Shown here: positions 23,811-39,000 of the stretch, in pieces
Layout: each line of letters starts with the position of its first letter
Position numbering within the stretch: position 1 is the stretch's first letter
From: Paragordius varius
Taxonomy: Eukaryota > Animalia > Nematomorpha
DNA length: 64,000 bases
Assembly: GCA_964247055.1 (NCBI GenBank)
Contig: OZ176054.1
Span: 5,208,001 to 5,272,000, forward strand
Direction: 5' to 3'
Notes under the pieces: generated by a model
What the model was told of the DNA's origin: nothing
Seen by the model: the letters and a program-made list of their open reading frames with translations, nothing else
The model's database searches: none
Translations under genes and position numbers: made by a program

Positions 23811-25855
23811 CTAGCTGGCCCTGTCACTCTTCGCTGTGACGTAGTCTCACCAATAATTATTTTTAATTTTCAATAAATCGAGGTAATGGAGATATAATAA
23901 TAAATAACATTTAATAAAAAGAATGTTTTTAATTATTATTCTTTTACGGATTTTTGCATAAGCTCAAATATTCACACGATTACCATATTTAAACTCTACC
24001 TTATTAAAGTTTATATTCAAGTATTATTGGATTTATTTTAGGATTTTCATTTTTCAAAATCATGGTTAAAAGTGTTGTTTTGAAATTGTGTTCACACAGC
24101 TGGTATTAAGGGATACAAAAAGTAATCATTTGTGGTTCCTTTTAAAGGAAAGAATGATATACAAATTCCCCAGAAGTGTGTTCAACTGAATTCGTATGGC
24201 TTCTTAAGTTTTTTAAAATTTATCTCCAAGACCATGCCATTTTTATATGGCGTCTCAGTTTTAAACCAGTAGACCCCTAATAGACATATATGGAAAAAGC
24301 GCTGAGTTAAATTCTTTGCCTTTATAGGAAATATTTGGAATATCTTTTTACCATCCACTAAGTAATCGTTATTGATGGCGTGATAGGGCATAAGGGTCCC
24401 AAATTAACGGCTAATAAAAAACCCTGAGCTTCTTTGCCTAGTTACGGGTAATATTAGCAATGAGCTCATATGCCTTCATAAAATTTCAGTAAATTAGCTC
24501 CAAAACAACGCAATTGCTATATAGTGCGCAGTTTTTGGCGAATAGCTCCTTACCCAGGGGCAGATATAAAAAAGCGTTGGGCAAAATTTTTGCCTTTATA
24601 TGGGGAATGTCTGGAATTATCATGAATTCCATATGTTCTTATTAAATCATGAGTTTTCTGAAATTTAGCTCCAAAGGCATGCTGCATCGATATGGTGACG
24701 CAGTTGTTGGCCGGTAGCCCCCTACCCAGAGGCCAATATAAAAAAGACGTTCGATAAAAATTTTTGCCTTATAAGGGGAATCATCATTTATTCCATATGT
24801 TCTTAATAGTTTATGGAAGAATGGCTTATAAACTAAATAATAGTTCAATGATAGCGCATATGGCGTAAAGGACCTATTTAACCGCTAATTTAAAAAATCC
24901 GCTCGACTTAAATTTTTGCCTTTTTACGGGTAATATATCAGGCCCACATTAAACTTATGTGGCCTGATAAGTTTTCTGAAAATTAACTCCTAAACAAAGC
25001 AATTTCGATATGGTGGCGCAGTTTTACAAGGGTAGCCCCCTAACCATGGGCGAAACAAAAAAACGCTCGATTAAAATGTTTGCCTTCATTTGGGTAATAC
25101 CGTGAATCATGATTGCTTATGTATGCTCTCGTGGGCTTTTCGAAAAATTGCCTCAAAACCAAAAAGTCCTTCTATGGTGGCGCATTTTCACGGCAAGGGC
25201 CCAATTATGGGGTAAAATAAAACGGCTCTACTTAATTTTTTTTCTTTTTTACAGGTAATATCTAAAGCCCTTATTGAACTCATATGGCATAGTTTTTCTG
25301 AAATTTAGCCCCAAAGGTACGCTATTTCGATAAATGACGGGTCAGTTTTTAGCGGGTATTTTCTTACCCAGCAGCTATTATAAAAGAAACGCTCTTAAAT
25401 TTCTGCCTTTTGACAGGGAATACCTGTAATCTTTATTGAATTTTTACGGTCTCATACATCAAAAATAGATTCAAAAAAATATTTTTGTGGACTTTTTTTG
25501 AAAAAAAATGACATTTTACGGGAGGAAGCGGGTAAAAAGAGGGCCTAAATTAAAAAAGCGAGCCGACTATGTTCGGCTCATCGAAAATAAGTAAAAATCA
25601 TATTTGAAATCGAATTGTTCAATACGTTTTTCGGAATGTCTCAAAGACACGATTTTTGTGGACTTCTGTTTTCAAAAAAACTCGTTTCTTACCCGGGGTG
25701 GGCCCGAACGGGGGGCCTAATTCAAAAAAGGGCAAATTTATTGTCGGGACATTCATTAATGTTTATAATTTTTAACATTTGGATTTAAATCAGTCTACCG
25801 GTTTTCCGGAAACAGATCACAAAGCTAGCATTTTCCATTTTTATAAATATATAGA
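23811..25855 (-). mobile_element. Non-autonomous Helitron (2045 bp) with internal ~160-bp tandem array and a different 3' terminus
   Basis: On the minus strand it starts A|TCTATATATTTATAAAAATGGAAAATGC and ends with a GTCAC-AGCGAAGA-GTGAC hairpin, AGGGCCAG and CTAG|T. The array occupies about 24200-25450. Confidence 0.85.
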
Positions 25856-26446
25856 TTTCGTTTGTACTGTCTAAGAGTAAAAAAACGATATTTTAATAAG
25901 CGCGATTGTGCCGCAACAGGATGTTTCTTCATGTTTTATAATCGTTATATTGCTTTAAAATTGTAATTATAATACAAATGAAAATTATATTGAATGATTT
26001 TTTTATTTGGTTTTATTACGATACAATAGCTATAAAAATAAATTTGGATGTCAATATCGGAAAAGACAATTTAATTATATTAAAAACAAACCGAATTTAC
26101 GGAATGTATAATTTTATATACAATTCTTAAAATGATTTAACTGCTTTTTAAAAACCTCATTTCCAAGTTGCTCAAAAAAAATTATGCTGGATAAAAGTGT
26201 TTTTTGGTATTGAATCCTATTTTAAGGTAAATTTTTTAAAAATTTCGTGAGAAAACATACAATTCTGTATTAATAGTTTTCTTCGAGTGTAGCAGGAATG
26301 TCCAACACATACGTTTTGGGCCGCCTTTTGATTCAAAAATCCTGCGAGTCTAATACGAATTATATATGGTAATCAATATTTTATTAAATTTCAAACATAA
26401 AAAACCAAAATTTTAGCACTATTATAATTTCCAACAATATTAATTT

Positions 26447-26571
26447 TGTAATGGTAATTTACGGATTGGTTATGTTTTGTAATAACAGTTGTTAAAATAA
26501 TTTCTATTTATAATTTTATTTAATTCTATTTAATTATCCTTTATCGTTATATTACGGATTTTAACAACCGT
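26447..26571 (+). mobile_element. Deletion derivative of the 40853-41060 hammerhead retroelement, lacking the ribozyme
   Basis: Near-identical TGTAATGGTAAT...TAACAGTTGTTAAAAT joined directly to AATTTCTATTTATAATT...TTACGGATTTTAACAACCGT. Imperfect ~12-bp TSD (AATATTAATTT/AATATTTAATTT). Confidence 0.8.
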
Positions 26572-27205
26572 TAATATTTAATTTTGTTGCTGAAATTGCA
26601 TTTTTTTTAGAAAATATATTAAAAACTTTAAGTAAAAAAAACAGCTTCCAATTATTGCATTCATTTAGTAATTTTTGGTAGTCTGGACAAAATATCTCGG
26701 CGGGCTACGCTGACACTTCAGAAATAGATTTTTGTCCTCCTTTAAAAAATATAAAATTTGGCTCTTTGTGTGTTATATTTTGAATGAAAATACGGAAACT
26801 TTATTATAACATTTTCGTGACTATATTTTTTGTAGATAAAGCCAAACCGCAAGTTTTGAATTAATTTGTTTGACACATTCAATAAATTAAACTTTAATGA
26901 AGTATCCGGGCTCCCAATTAAAAATTAGTTTTGAGCTTTCTGTATCTTGTAAACCCAATATTTTATATCTTATAAGCCAAAAATAATTATATCAGTTGTT
27001 ATTTTAAACGATTTTGCCTTTATATTGCTAATTTCCTTTTAAAACCTTAAATGTATTCAAATCCAACAAGGATTTTATGTGCGTTTTAAGAAAAAATGGA
27101 CATATTAAAACTATGGTTAAAATTTGTATCATTTAAATTATTCGAAGGTTTTAGTGTATTGACGCATCTCGTGGTATTTGAGCAGGATTAATGATTTTTA
27201 ACTAA

Positions 27206-27659
27206 CTCTACTCCTGTTGATTTATAACATATAAGGAAATGGCGCCTTCCGGCAAAAAAAATTCTGATTTTCTAATTATAAAAAGCTTAATCCTAGCTTA
27301 AGAATTATAAGGATCCCTATCATCTGGCTGAATTCTAATACACTCGGTTGTCTAATATGGACTCTAAGTCTGAAATATTGATTTCCCCGCCTCTATTAGG
27401 TTTCAATTTATCAAAAACTCAATATATATATACAATTCCTGAACTAACAGTGTTTACCCGTGGTCATTATATGGGAATGATAAAGGACAAAACGCGCCTC
27501 ACACTATGACAAGTGGTAAACACTGTCAACAAAATTTGAGTTTCTTATAGTCTCTGTTGCTAATTAGGATATACTAATATCTCCAACCTGCAACTAAGTA
27601 GAATAACTTTCTCTACTCCTCTTGTATAACTTATAAGGAGATGGCGCCTTCCGCTAAAA
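27206..27659 (+). repeat. Pair of ~50-bp direct repeats 405 bp apart, with an internal 12-bp inverted repeat
   Basis: CTCTACTCCT...TATAAGGA(A/G)ATGGCGCCTTCCG at 27206-27257 and 27611-27659. ACAGTGTTTACC at 27447-27458 pairs with GGTAAACACTGT at 27515-27526. Confidence 0.7.
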
Positions 27660-30060
27660 GTGTATACGCTTAATAAAGTAAATTTTATTACAAACTATAA
27701 TTTTTATATGTAATGTATAATAATGTTGGCAAATTTAAATTAAAATAATCATGCATGGCTTGACTAAGCTTTTTAAAATAACTATCAAAATAATATTTTT
27801 ACATGTTTTGCACTATTTCATTTTATTAACTAAACTAAAATTTTTGCGATAACCATATGTTATTGATAGTATAATTATTCTTACAAAATATTGGAGTTAT
27901 CAAAAATATAAAAAAATTAGGCTTTTAACTCTTTTTTATTAAAATTATAACCTAAAATATAGATAATTAAGGCGCGTTTTTACCTTTATTTCTCTTACAT
28001 TGGACAACAAATTTTTCTGCCACTCGAGTTTTTTGCATTTTCTGATATTTAGTATCATTTTAACAGTAAATCTGAAATAAAAATTATACTCGATTGAAGA
28101 ATTTTGTATAATTTGATTTTTTTGATTATGCGTCCTCTTTATCAAAATTTTACTAAAAAATGTTTTTCTTTGAAAATATACAAGTAATGCCCATTTGTAA
28201 TATATCATTCGAAAGAGTAATAAAAACTCTATAAAAGGCATACTAATATGTATTACATCGACAGTTAATATTGGACACAAAAAGCGACAAACGCGCGAAG
28301 CGAGAGCATTTTTTTTAATTATTATATTTTTAAAACTAATGGATGAAAATAGCTTAAACTTTGTTTAGATGGTGATGAATGTCCAAAAAAGATAAATATG
28401 TTTTTTTATTAAAACATTTTTTTATTGCTTTTATGTCACTCAAAACAGCCATTTTTAAGTTTTTTGTTTTTTAAAAATTACCATCTCATCGATATTAATT
28501 TATTTTCTTTACGAGGCTGATAATTACGAAATTTTAAAGATTAAAATAAAGCTTAAGGTATTTTTGATCTTTTATAGCCATTATGTAATAAATTTACAGA
28601 TATAACTATGCATTTTAGTATCCACTAGGTAAAATATATATGATAATATAAATTTTTATTAAAAAAGCAAACCAAAAGCTTTTTCAAATATTTTTTTTAA
28701 ATTAAATACTAATATAACCCTAATAATTATATTAAAATAATTTATATGATTTTCAAATTAGTTTGTATGTGAAAATTTTTGACTTATTTTAAATCCAAAT
28801 AACTTTTACATCCGATTGATTTAAATGACTTACTACCATTTAAAAGATGCAGTTTTTTGCGCTCTTTCGAATGATATAAAATACATGGCTTCATATCTAA
28901 AACTTTTAATTTTCGGAATTTCGAGTTTAATGTTAAATCGGGGCCAAAAATTATCGATAAACTCTAATATAAAAAAATTCTTGAATGCTAGACCAATTTT
29001 CTCTTCAGATATACTAATTATGTACTTTAATTTAAATTTTAATACAAGAATGGCAGTTAAAAAAAGTTAAAATTTGTTGTCTAGTGTTATATGACGTTAG
29101 CCCGAATTTTCTTTTGCCTCATAGCAAATGATCATTTTGAGTTACCAAAAAAACCACTGGAGCAGAAATTTAATTTACTCTATGGATGCGTGTATTGTAG
29201 GGGTAATACTTAAAAATATATTAGGAGATCAAAGTATCAATGAGGTACTTTATAAGATTGTGTTTGACTTGCAAATAATTTTGCATAAACTGTAGGAAAG
29301 TATAACCTATGTTCGGAGTAAAAATGAATTATTTTATTTTCATAATTTAAATATGAATGTCAATAAAAACCAAACCCTTCAATCCAAACAATACAAGGGA
29401 TTCTGACCAACTGATAAACTACCAAGAGGAAAAAACCATTATTTTTCTTCGGTGTAGTTACACTAACAATTTATTTATGTGTTTTCATATTGATTTTTTA
29501 TGTGAAAACAAGAATTCAATAGACACACACTCATCTTCACCGTAGTATATGGATATATGTATGTGAGACAACTACTTAACTAATGTATAAACAAACATAT
29601 TGTGTTGATCTAACTTTCATATTCTTCTCTATCGTTTCACAGATGAGCAAACTGTGTTTTAACGGTATTACTAATGTTTAGTTTAACAAAAAAGTTGTGG
29701 CAAAGTTGTAAGCTAAAAAAGACAAAAACACTTTTATTTTTATAGATATGTTGTGCATCTTTAATGCAAGAAAATGCAGTGCAGTGCAGTTTTCATTGTG
29801 TTATGCTCTCTTTTGATTAACTAAAAAGACACACAAAGAAAAAATCTATTATCGACGCATTTTATTATTATCATTATTATTATTATAACATAATTATCTT
29901 ATCGGAGTGGGTTTTTTATTAATATTTTTAGTTATCGATGGACAATCTTTTATATCTCTTACCCAATCATTTATCAAACCTTTTTTACGGATAAAATGGA
30001 GGATCAAATGAAATTTACATTTTGAATGTATTAGATTTTGACCAAATTAAAATCAATAAT

Positions 30061-33000
30061 ATGTATAACAATGATGGTAAGATCATGTGCAATATAACAA
30101 CATCTAATGCTGAAGAAACCAATTCCAATCAGTATTCATTAAATAATCAAGGCATGAATAAACATTTGTCCTATCCGTCGCATCAAGAAAATCTTTCCAC
30201 TTTTTCAAGGACAGAGTAAGTGTTTTCTACTCATTTTTAAACTATTTTGTCAATTTTTTTCCAGTTTTTAAGCTTTTAAAACACACTTGTCATTTTTTCT
30301 TAAACATATTTTTTGAAAGCACACGCAATATTTAATTTCAATATTATTAGACGCGTAATTACTGGAAAATATTTTAACATATTTCTGATTTCCTCCTCCT
30401 AGAGTATGGGCTGAAGTTTTTAAAGTCAAACAAGAAACAAATGGACAAAATAATCATTACAAATGGGAAATTATATCTGATGGACTAGTATTAGTGCATA
30501 TTCAAATTTCATTCCTTAAAAACCTAGAACCTATTCTTAGTGACAAAAATATTTCTATATGGACGGCCAATGAAACCAACGATATTCTGAATTTGTTATC
30601 CATACCAATCTCTGGTACATAAATTAGTTTTTATTCAACGATAATTTTATTTCCAAATGATTAACTATATGCATGAAATTAAAAGCCCTTTCATTTAAAC
30701 ACTTGGCAGATATATTAATTAAATTTTTTCAACGCTAAATGCGTACTAAATAACATTTTATTAAACAATTATTTTCAAAAGTTTGTCCAACTTACAATGG
30801 GAAATTTAATTAGTTTACATACACATATTATGTATTGTCTCATTTAAATCATTAATAAATAGGACTGTATTAACCAATCTTCATTTGTACTTTTTTGCAT
30901 ATATTATAAATATTTATATACATTATCAAAAAAAAGTTACCCTAGGAAAGTAGCTTTTTTATTAATTTTTTCATATATTTTTGCTAATAAAATGGCAGAA
31001 AAGAATGATAAGAGTCCAAATCTATGGGGAATATGATATATATTATTTCGTTAATATAATATTACTATTCATATTAACGCATAGATAAGTTATCAATTAT
31101 AAACATATATAATTCGATATTCAGTATAATAAAAAAGATTAAATCCTTTAGATAAAAACTTGTATCGATAAGGTTAATAAAAACTTGGCTAGAACTCAGT
31201 TAAAATTATATTGCGATCATTTAAAGACATATCAAGGTATATTTCATATGTTCAAACGAAGAAATCGCTATGGGGAACATTGAAACTAAAACCCTATTTC
31301 CTCAGGTTGGATTTGACCAGTCATTAGGGGGTTTTTAAATGACCCGACTGTTATTGGTTAACCGAAAAAAACTTTTGAACATATGTTTATTAAGTAATAT
31401 AAAATTGAAGCTTAAACTTAAATTTTTAAAAAATGTTAAAATTTGTAAAATTCCATTCTTGTTTAAATGATATTAATTAGTCATTATTATCATTAAATTA
31501 AGAAAACTGTTTGATTGGATAATAATCCAGTTAAAACATCTGAAAATGTAATAATAATAATTGACTGGTTATTACCAAATATGAGTTAATCAATAAGGAT
31601 TCAGACCGGTGTTTTGACCCAAGTTACAGACCCAACCCTACTTTAAAGAATTCTAAATGGCTTATGCATGAAACCAGTATTCTAATTGAAATAAATATAT
31701 TTTTATTGGAATACATGAGTGTGAGGGATATAAATGACATACAGAACAGATCTCTATTTTTGATGCAATTTTACATTTTAAAATTTGTAGCTTGGGATGG
31801 GTAAAATGTATTATTAATTGATTTTATATGATGATACAGAATATAACGTAAAACAAACATCCGATTGCTTCGTTTACTGGAAAGATGCGCAAAGTCATGA
31901 CGTTTGGGGACTAAATTTTCCCCACGCCAATGACGCTACCAAATTTATGGAAACAATCCAAGTAATTTTTTAACTTAAATTCAGTATTTTTTGCTTTTTC
32001 TAAACTTTTAATGGCTAATTTGATTTATATAGATTTTAAAACTTTAATTCAAAAATAATATAGTGAACGGGTGTGAGTCGATGATGGGTATATATATATA
32101 TATATATAATTTATTAACCTGAATGTGTTAAGTTAAATAATAATTTGTCCTGCGACAAAAGTAACCAACTTTAAAATAATATTCGTTCATTTATTTTTAC
32201 TTTCCATTAAGAAATTTAGTGCTTAAAAATGCTTAATTTATTACGCAAAAATATTGTTACCATTATATGAATATATTAAAATATATATTAGTTAGAATTG
32301 AATTTGTTTAAATGTATCATATAGTGTTAGTAAATTTTTTTAAACTAAAAAAAATGAATGAATCAAAGTTTAATTTTAAAAGTTAGTGGACAGCTGTTTC
32401 TAGCTATTTTTACATATATTCCCTTTGTGTGGCGTTTCCTCAGTATTTTCTGCAAATTAAATTTTAAGTCACCTATTTTTCGTGTTTTCTCCTATAAACC
32501 ATATATCTTTATACTGTCATCAATTATTAATAGGAATGGAAAAATACGTATCGACCCAGTGACACAAAGATATCATCCGATTATAAATTGACAATCAACC
32601 AAAACCTTACCTCCTTTAATGCGGGATACAATTCGACAACCACACTAAATAATAATCCTCATTCACTCTATTACAATGCCCCAATACCACATCTGTTTGT
32701 TCATGATGCTCTTAACAATAATCGTGGCGAGAAGCAGGGAACATCCAAAATAAATCAATCCTCTTTATTTGGCTCTTCTTATCAAGTCCGAAATCCGTTT
32801 AACTTGAACACCAATATACCACTTTCGCATTTGTATTTAGACAAACAAAATTTTACAACAAACACCAACCCAAACAAACACAAATTTACAACTGAATACT
32901 TAAATGAAAATAATTTTTTTTATTCAGATAAATTTGATATTTATGGTAAAAATAATAATAATACTACTATTGGAAACGCGAATTGCTCATCAGTTCGCAT

Positions 33001-36000
33001 GAAACGTAGTGAAAGCATATCCTATCATAACGATAGGGAAGAGGGCTTCCGTGAATACATATACGGAAATTGCCCCGCTGGCTCTAGATATACCCGTAAA
33101 GCCCATTCTGATACCTATGATTTCAATCTAAAGTCGTCTAAGTCACAGTCCAAAAATCATGTAGAACATGATGGAAGTATAATACGTAAAAATTTTGAGA
33201 AAATTAATTTGCATTCCGATTCCATACTTCCAAACATATCAACTGACCCAATTGGTCGTCGTCCTAATCAAGAAAATAAATTATTGACAAATCACTCACT
33301 ACCAAAATCATATACGTTGCATGCCTTAAGTTCAAAAACCCATAATTTGATGTCAGATTCGTTTAATGAAAATTTTTTGGGGTCGCTTGACACAATGGTT
33401 ACCGATGTTGTTGAGCCCCAAGCGCTCCCTTCTGAATTCGAATTGGATTCGAGGGTAAATTATCTTGAAAAAAAATTTAAGCCAATATATAGTTCTAATT
33501 TTACAAACATTATGTTGTGATTAATATTTTTTAAAGTCCAATCAATCATATATATATATATATTATAATATAATTCACAGTTTTATAGCAGAATTTTTAA
33601 TCGTTATACTCTACCCACAGATGAAAAGTTTTGAGGAAATGAAGAAGTGTAAATACAAAGATACACCACCACAGTTTACCCCTTATGGCTATTGGAGTCG
33701 AGCTATAAGAAAAACAGGGTAACCATATTTTTTAAAACGTATTATTATCGAAACAATTATATACCCTAATCGTTTCGTTTGTAGATGGTTAAGTATAAAA
33801 CATTGGTTGACGAGTAAAAAGGGAAAACTAGAGCTAGCTAACAAAAGATCTTGGAAGCGGTATTGGGTTTGCCTGAAAGGCCCTACTCTTTTATTTTACG
33901 CTACCTCAGATCCAGAAAACTCTCAGGCACAAAAGGTCCTTCATCACATGTTAATAATAGAAGGAGCCATTGTCCAGGCCATGCCGGAACACCCCAAAAA
34001 AGAAAATCTATTTTGTCTGAGTATAAACTCTGGTGATGTATTCCTCATGCAAGTATACATATATATCACATGCATAATTTATATTTTAATAAGGAAATTT
34101 TCGTTTGGAAATCAATCAACAAATTTTGTAACCTTAAATGTTTAACATTTTACATCCCTCAAATGTACGCATTGTTCATATTTTGTTTTGAATCGACTGT
34201 TTGATTCAAAGTCATTTTTATCAATAAATATTGGTTTAGGATCAAATTATCTAATTTCAGTTTCAAAATTTTTTAACGAAATAAATTAATGATTACGGCT
34301 ATGATTCCGAAAAAAATAGTCATGACTCCAATTTTTTGGTCAAATGGTTTACAATTATTTTTGATTGGGATACATTTGAATGCATGTGTTGTACTTTTTT
34401 GAAAATCTAGGGAATATACATTTATTGAATGTAAAACAAAATAAATTAAATATATAATTCGATACCGTTGTTTTGGTTTTATAAACGGTTATATAAAAAT
34501 GGTTCCACAAAAATTGCTTCAACTTTAATTTCTGATAAAAACATATAATTAATTCCGTTTTTATTTTTTGATTGAGGTTAACTACCATTTCGATACTAAA
34601 CGGCGCTTGTTAACGCAGCTCATAAAAAATAATTTTTCATTATATTTTTTTTTTCTCTTTAATCCATTATAGGAATAATGCTTCCACATTAAATTAGAAA
34701 GTTAACATAATTTTTTGGAAACATATAACCATATATACTTATAGACTTTTTTTAAAAAAAAATAATTTATACTTGTATCGTTTTTTTAATATTTTAATTG
34801 TATTAAATGTAATTACTTTTTTTGTAATCTGTTGCAAAAAAGTTTCTTTTCTATTATTACACTTGTAAAAAACTATATAATGTTGTTGTTGTTAGGCCAG
34901 TTCATTTCATGAAATGGAAAATTGGATTTCTGCCTTACATATCTCGTGTGCTGCCTCTATAGCTCGCCATCATGGAAAAGAAAACATAATTAAAATTATG
35001 ACACATGAAATTTTCAAACTCAATTACAACATTGAAATGGTAATTTTACACATATTCTTAAACCGCGTTTTAGATTATATAATTAGCCAAATGCGTTATT
35101 TTTGTAAAAAGATTTATGCGATTTACAAAAAAATTTTGTATATCTGTATATATTTGGAAGCTTACATTTAAAATTTAATGGACTTTAAAACTAAAACAAA
35201 CGGGTAAAACGCCATATAAGAAAAACAAATGAAATCAATGCACTTAACAGCTTATAATTAATATTTGCTAAGGACAAAAAATGGACTAAAACGACCAAAA
35301 ATTTAACATATGAAATTACTAAAATAAAAAGGTAACCGTCTGATACATTAATTTTGATGTAATAGGCACGTATATGGTGGCTATAATATATTTGAATTAA
35401 ACGTAAAATATTAAAATTCACATATGTTTAATAAAAATAACTTTTTTATAATATAGTTTAAATAACGTATATCTAAAATTATTAAATTTGATAATATGTG
35501 CAATATTAATAAATTATAAGGTTTTAGTCCGTAAAAAATATATAGGATTTTTAATTATATAAATCATCTGCCCTCCTAATTTTGTCTAGTAGAAATATAT
35601 ATGTTGCGGGTAAATATAATTAAAATATACTTTTGGATAAATAAGAAGTAAGGAATGCATGCTAAAATGTATCATATTTTTTATGTTATTTACATTTTGG
35701 GCAGGATAACCGCATGAAAAACATGGGAGAAGCGCAGTTGACCATAGTTACCGATATAAACAACCGACAAGCAATCAGCAAACAAATCAAAAAATGGGAA
35801 CAAAGAATCGAAGAAATGGCTATCGAAAAATTCCGTTATCAGTGCTATAAGGCTTCCTTGCTCAATTCTGATTTGCCAAATCCAAAAGTTATAAGCAAAT
35901 ATTATTTTAAATATTAATGTACACTAAATTATCCTAATATTGACCCGATTAAAGAGGGAATACATGGATCTTTATCCGCATGTAACCTTTATAAAATATA

Positions 36001-39000
36001 TAAAATAAAATTTTTTGATCTAAAATGTACAATTTAAATTAAACTCCATAAAAAACTGTTTTTTGGCTCAATAAGAGGGTTTTATATAATTAAATTGTTG
36101 GATCTTTGACAAACAATTCTTAAAAAATAGGGCTTTGTGCTTTATTTATACATAAAATGATGATCTTAAGAGCTAATAGTTAATAGACACCTGTATTTAT
36201 TATTAAAAGGTTAAATATAAGGGGGATTAGCTATGTAATATTTAACAGTGGTACGAAATCAAATTAGTATGGATAAATTGTACTTATTTTCACTCTATGA
36301 AATATATAAATTAACGGTTTTTTTCTAAGCAAAAAAATATTACCGGAGATTTCCGGTCTCTTTTTTCTTCTATTAGGGATCTAAAAATACCTTTATAATT
36401 ACTATGATGTTATTATAAATATAATAATTAAATACCCAATTTAGCATTAAAAGTAAAGATTTGAGTGTTGTTATAAACATTTAATGGTGGACTCGATCCT
36501 TAAGATCAGCGAATGTTTCTACTTATTACCGCATCAGGACACTTTTAAAAAATTTCACTAATTATTTTTGTTCAATATTTAATTATCTTTCAATTTTGGC
36601 TGATTATAATCGCTTAAAATTTAGTTTGTTACACGCATTGTTAACAATATTTCATAATAGATTATTATTATAGCAAAGATCGTTGTCGATTTATTGCTTT
36701 TTCAAAGGTATATTTTCACCAGTTTATTCGATTGTAAGCGAGTGATGTTAGCTGTTGTAAAGAGAGATTGGTTTTTTTGGTTAGGTTTTCGATCCAGCGC
36801 ATCTTGCAGCGTCCACGTTTCCTGGATCCTTCGACCTTGCCTGTCATTAGTAGGAATTCCAAGTCATTAGCTCTGGTAATGTGACCAAAGTATGATAATT
36901 TCATTTTGAGGCACATGCCAATCAGGTGTATCTCGGGGTTTATTCTGTCAAGGATTACAGTGTTCTTTATTTTGTCTTTCCAAGTGATTCGAAGTATCTT
37001 CCGCCAGCACCACATTTCGAAGGCGTTAATGTATTTTTCGTCATCCTTTTTTATTGTCCAGGTTTCTGCGTATAACATGCTAGGAAAATATAGTTTCATG
37101 AACTTTTTATTTTACAGTTCATAGAGAAGGTGGCCATATCCTAAGGTACTAAAACTGTTTTCATCATAGCTTTATACGTTTGAAAAAATACTTCATTATA
37201 ATAGTTCTTATGACCCGATGTTGCTGATATAGGTAGGTCTGGTCATAGTTTAAAATTTTGTATCGTTTTTGGTTAAATGAGGACATGGGAAACAAGTCAT
37301 AATCTAATCTCGAGATACTGTTTGCTATACAAACAAAGCAAAAATCAAGCTGGTTATGTCTAACCGAAAACTGCAATTGCCTATTATTTGTGTGATTTAA
37401 CTTCTAAAATTAAAATTTATATACTAACTTGGGTTGTGCATTTGACTGCTTTTTTAAAAAAAGTCCGGTCAGACACAGTCAGATCATATGACCGTGGTCA
37501 TGATCAATTTTTACTTAAGTAATCTGCGATATTGGATTGTGAAAATAATGTTCGTACGACACTTGCGTTTCACTACTGATGTGATATTTTTTCTAAAAAG
37601 TTTATATTATACATTTTTTTGATATTTATTATTTACAAATATTTTAAATCAAATTTAATCAAGAATTTTGTTTTCAAATAAATTTTGCCACATGTTAGTG
37701 GCCTTCTGAAAATTTAAATTAGCTTTTAATACTGGATATTTCAAATAAAATTTTACCAATTTTGTTTTAAACTTTTTTTCATCATTGAAATATCCAATTG
37801 TAAAATGTTTTGTCAAAATTTTAATTCACATATATGGAATAATTGTATATTTTGCAAAGTTTTGATTGTTTTGTGTTTCGAAATAACTGGAATGCTAATG
37901 TTATAACTATGCATGTTTAACAATTTTATATTATTAAATAAACATATTTAAATATTTAATTTATATTTTTTTAAAAAAATATATTAAAAAACAATTAAAT
38001 TTTACTACTTCTCTTCCAAAAAAATTTACCAGCAATTTTCGAAAAACCACTGTTTTTTAAATGACCATGGTCAAAAAATAAATAGTCACTAACTGGGAGA
38101 TGACTTGGTCGGCACAACTTATAACAAACAATTAGGTTTGTTTAATGATTTTTATATATATTTTCAATGTATTAGCATCTTACATACAAATAATATTATC
38201 ATAATTTATATAGACCCTGATGATTTACAGTTCGAAATCAATGAAAAATGCATTAGCTAAGATGGGAATTGGAAACACAGTTTCAACTTTTCATGCATAC
38301 GTTTCAATCCGAATTCATATGAAACGATTACATGCGGTATCCCACAAAACCTCCAAACATCAAGGTTTGAAAACACAAATTCGCCAATTGCCTTCTTTAA
38401 AATTAGTCACGGCAACCTTTTTTGTTTTCTTTATCTTATAATCATATATTTTTTGATATCCCTACTTACTCTCTTAAAAATTATATGTTTGGGTTCTCAT
38501 TAAAATAGTTAAGATGTTGATAGTTGTTCCAGTTTAAAAATATTTGCCATATTTGTCTTTAATTTTTGAATTAATAAAAAATGACCGCAAGCTATATTCA
38601 CAAAATAAGGACAGATTTTTTCACATATTGTTAAAATATGTTTAGCTATGTTGTTCAGCCTCAAAATTTAACCAAAATAAATAATTTATCAATTATTATA
38701 ATCCTAAAGATCGAACTTTATGCGAAGCCGCAAATTCAGATGATGACAATAAAGGGAGCTCATATTTAACACTAAATCCTAGCTCTTCCATATATTACAA
38801 TCCATACCAATTGAATAAATCACAAACACTCTGTAAGGATATTGGAAAGGCTCGCGGTTCCTTTTTGGGAAATTCGTTAAGTCAACAAAATTTGAAAGAT
38901 TATTTATCGCAACCGAATACCCCTACCAAGTTAGGTGCATTTTAATATGATTCATTTTATATTAACAACCAATTTTATTTTATTTTATGATAAAACAGCC

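Noticed and set aside
27945-29100. ORFs 27945-28280 and 28825-29070, and an inverted TATATCATTCGAAAGAG pair
   Set aside because: The ORFs show no homology. The inverted pair is probably an old MITE, but its boundaries cannot be defined.
31791-31800. 10-nt AG…GT microexon candidate in sif
   Set aside because: It would shift the frame; the flanking EVH1 exons join in phase without it.
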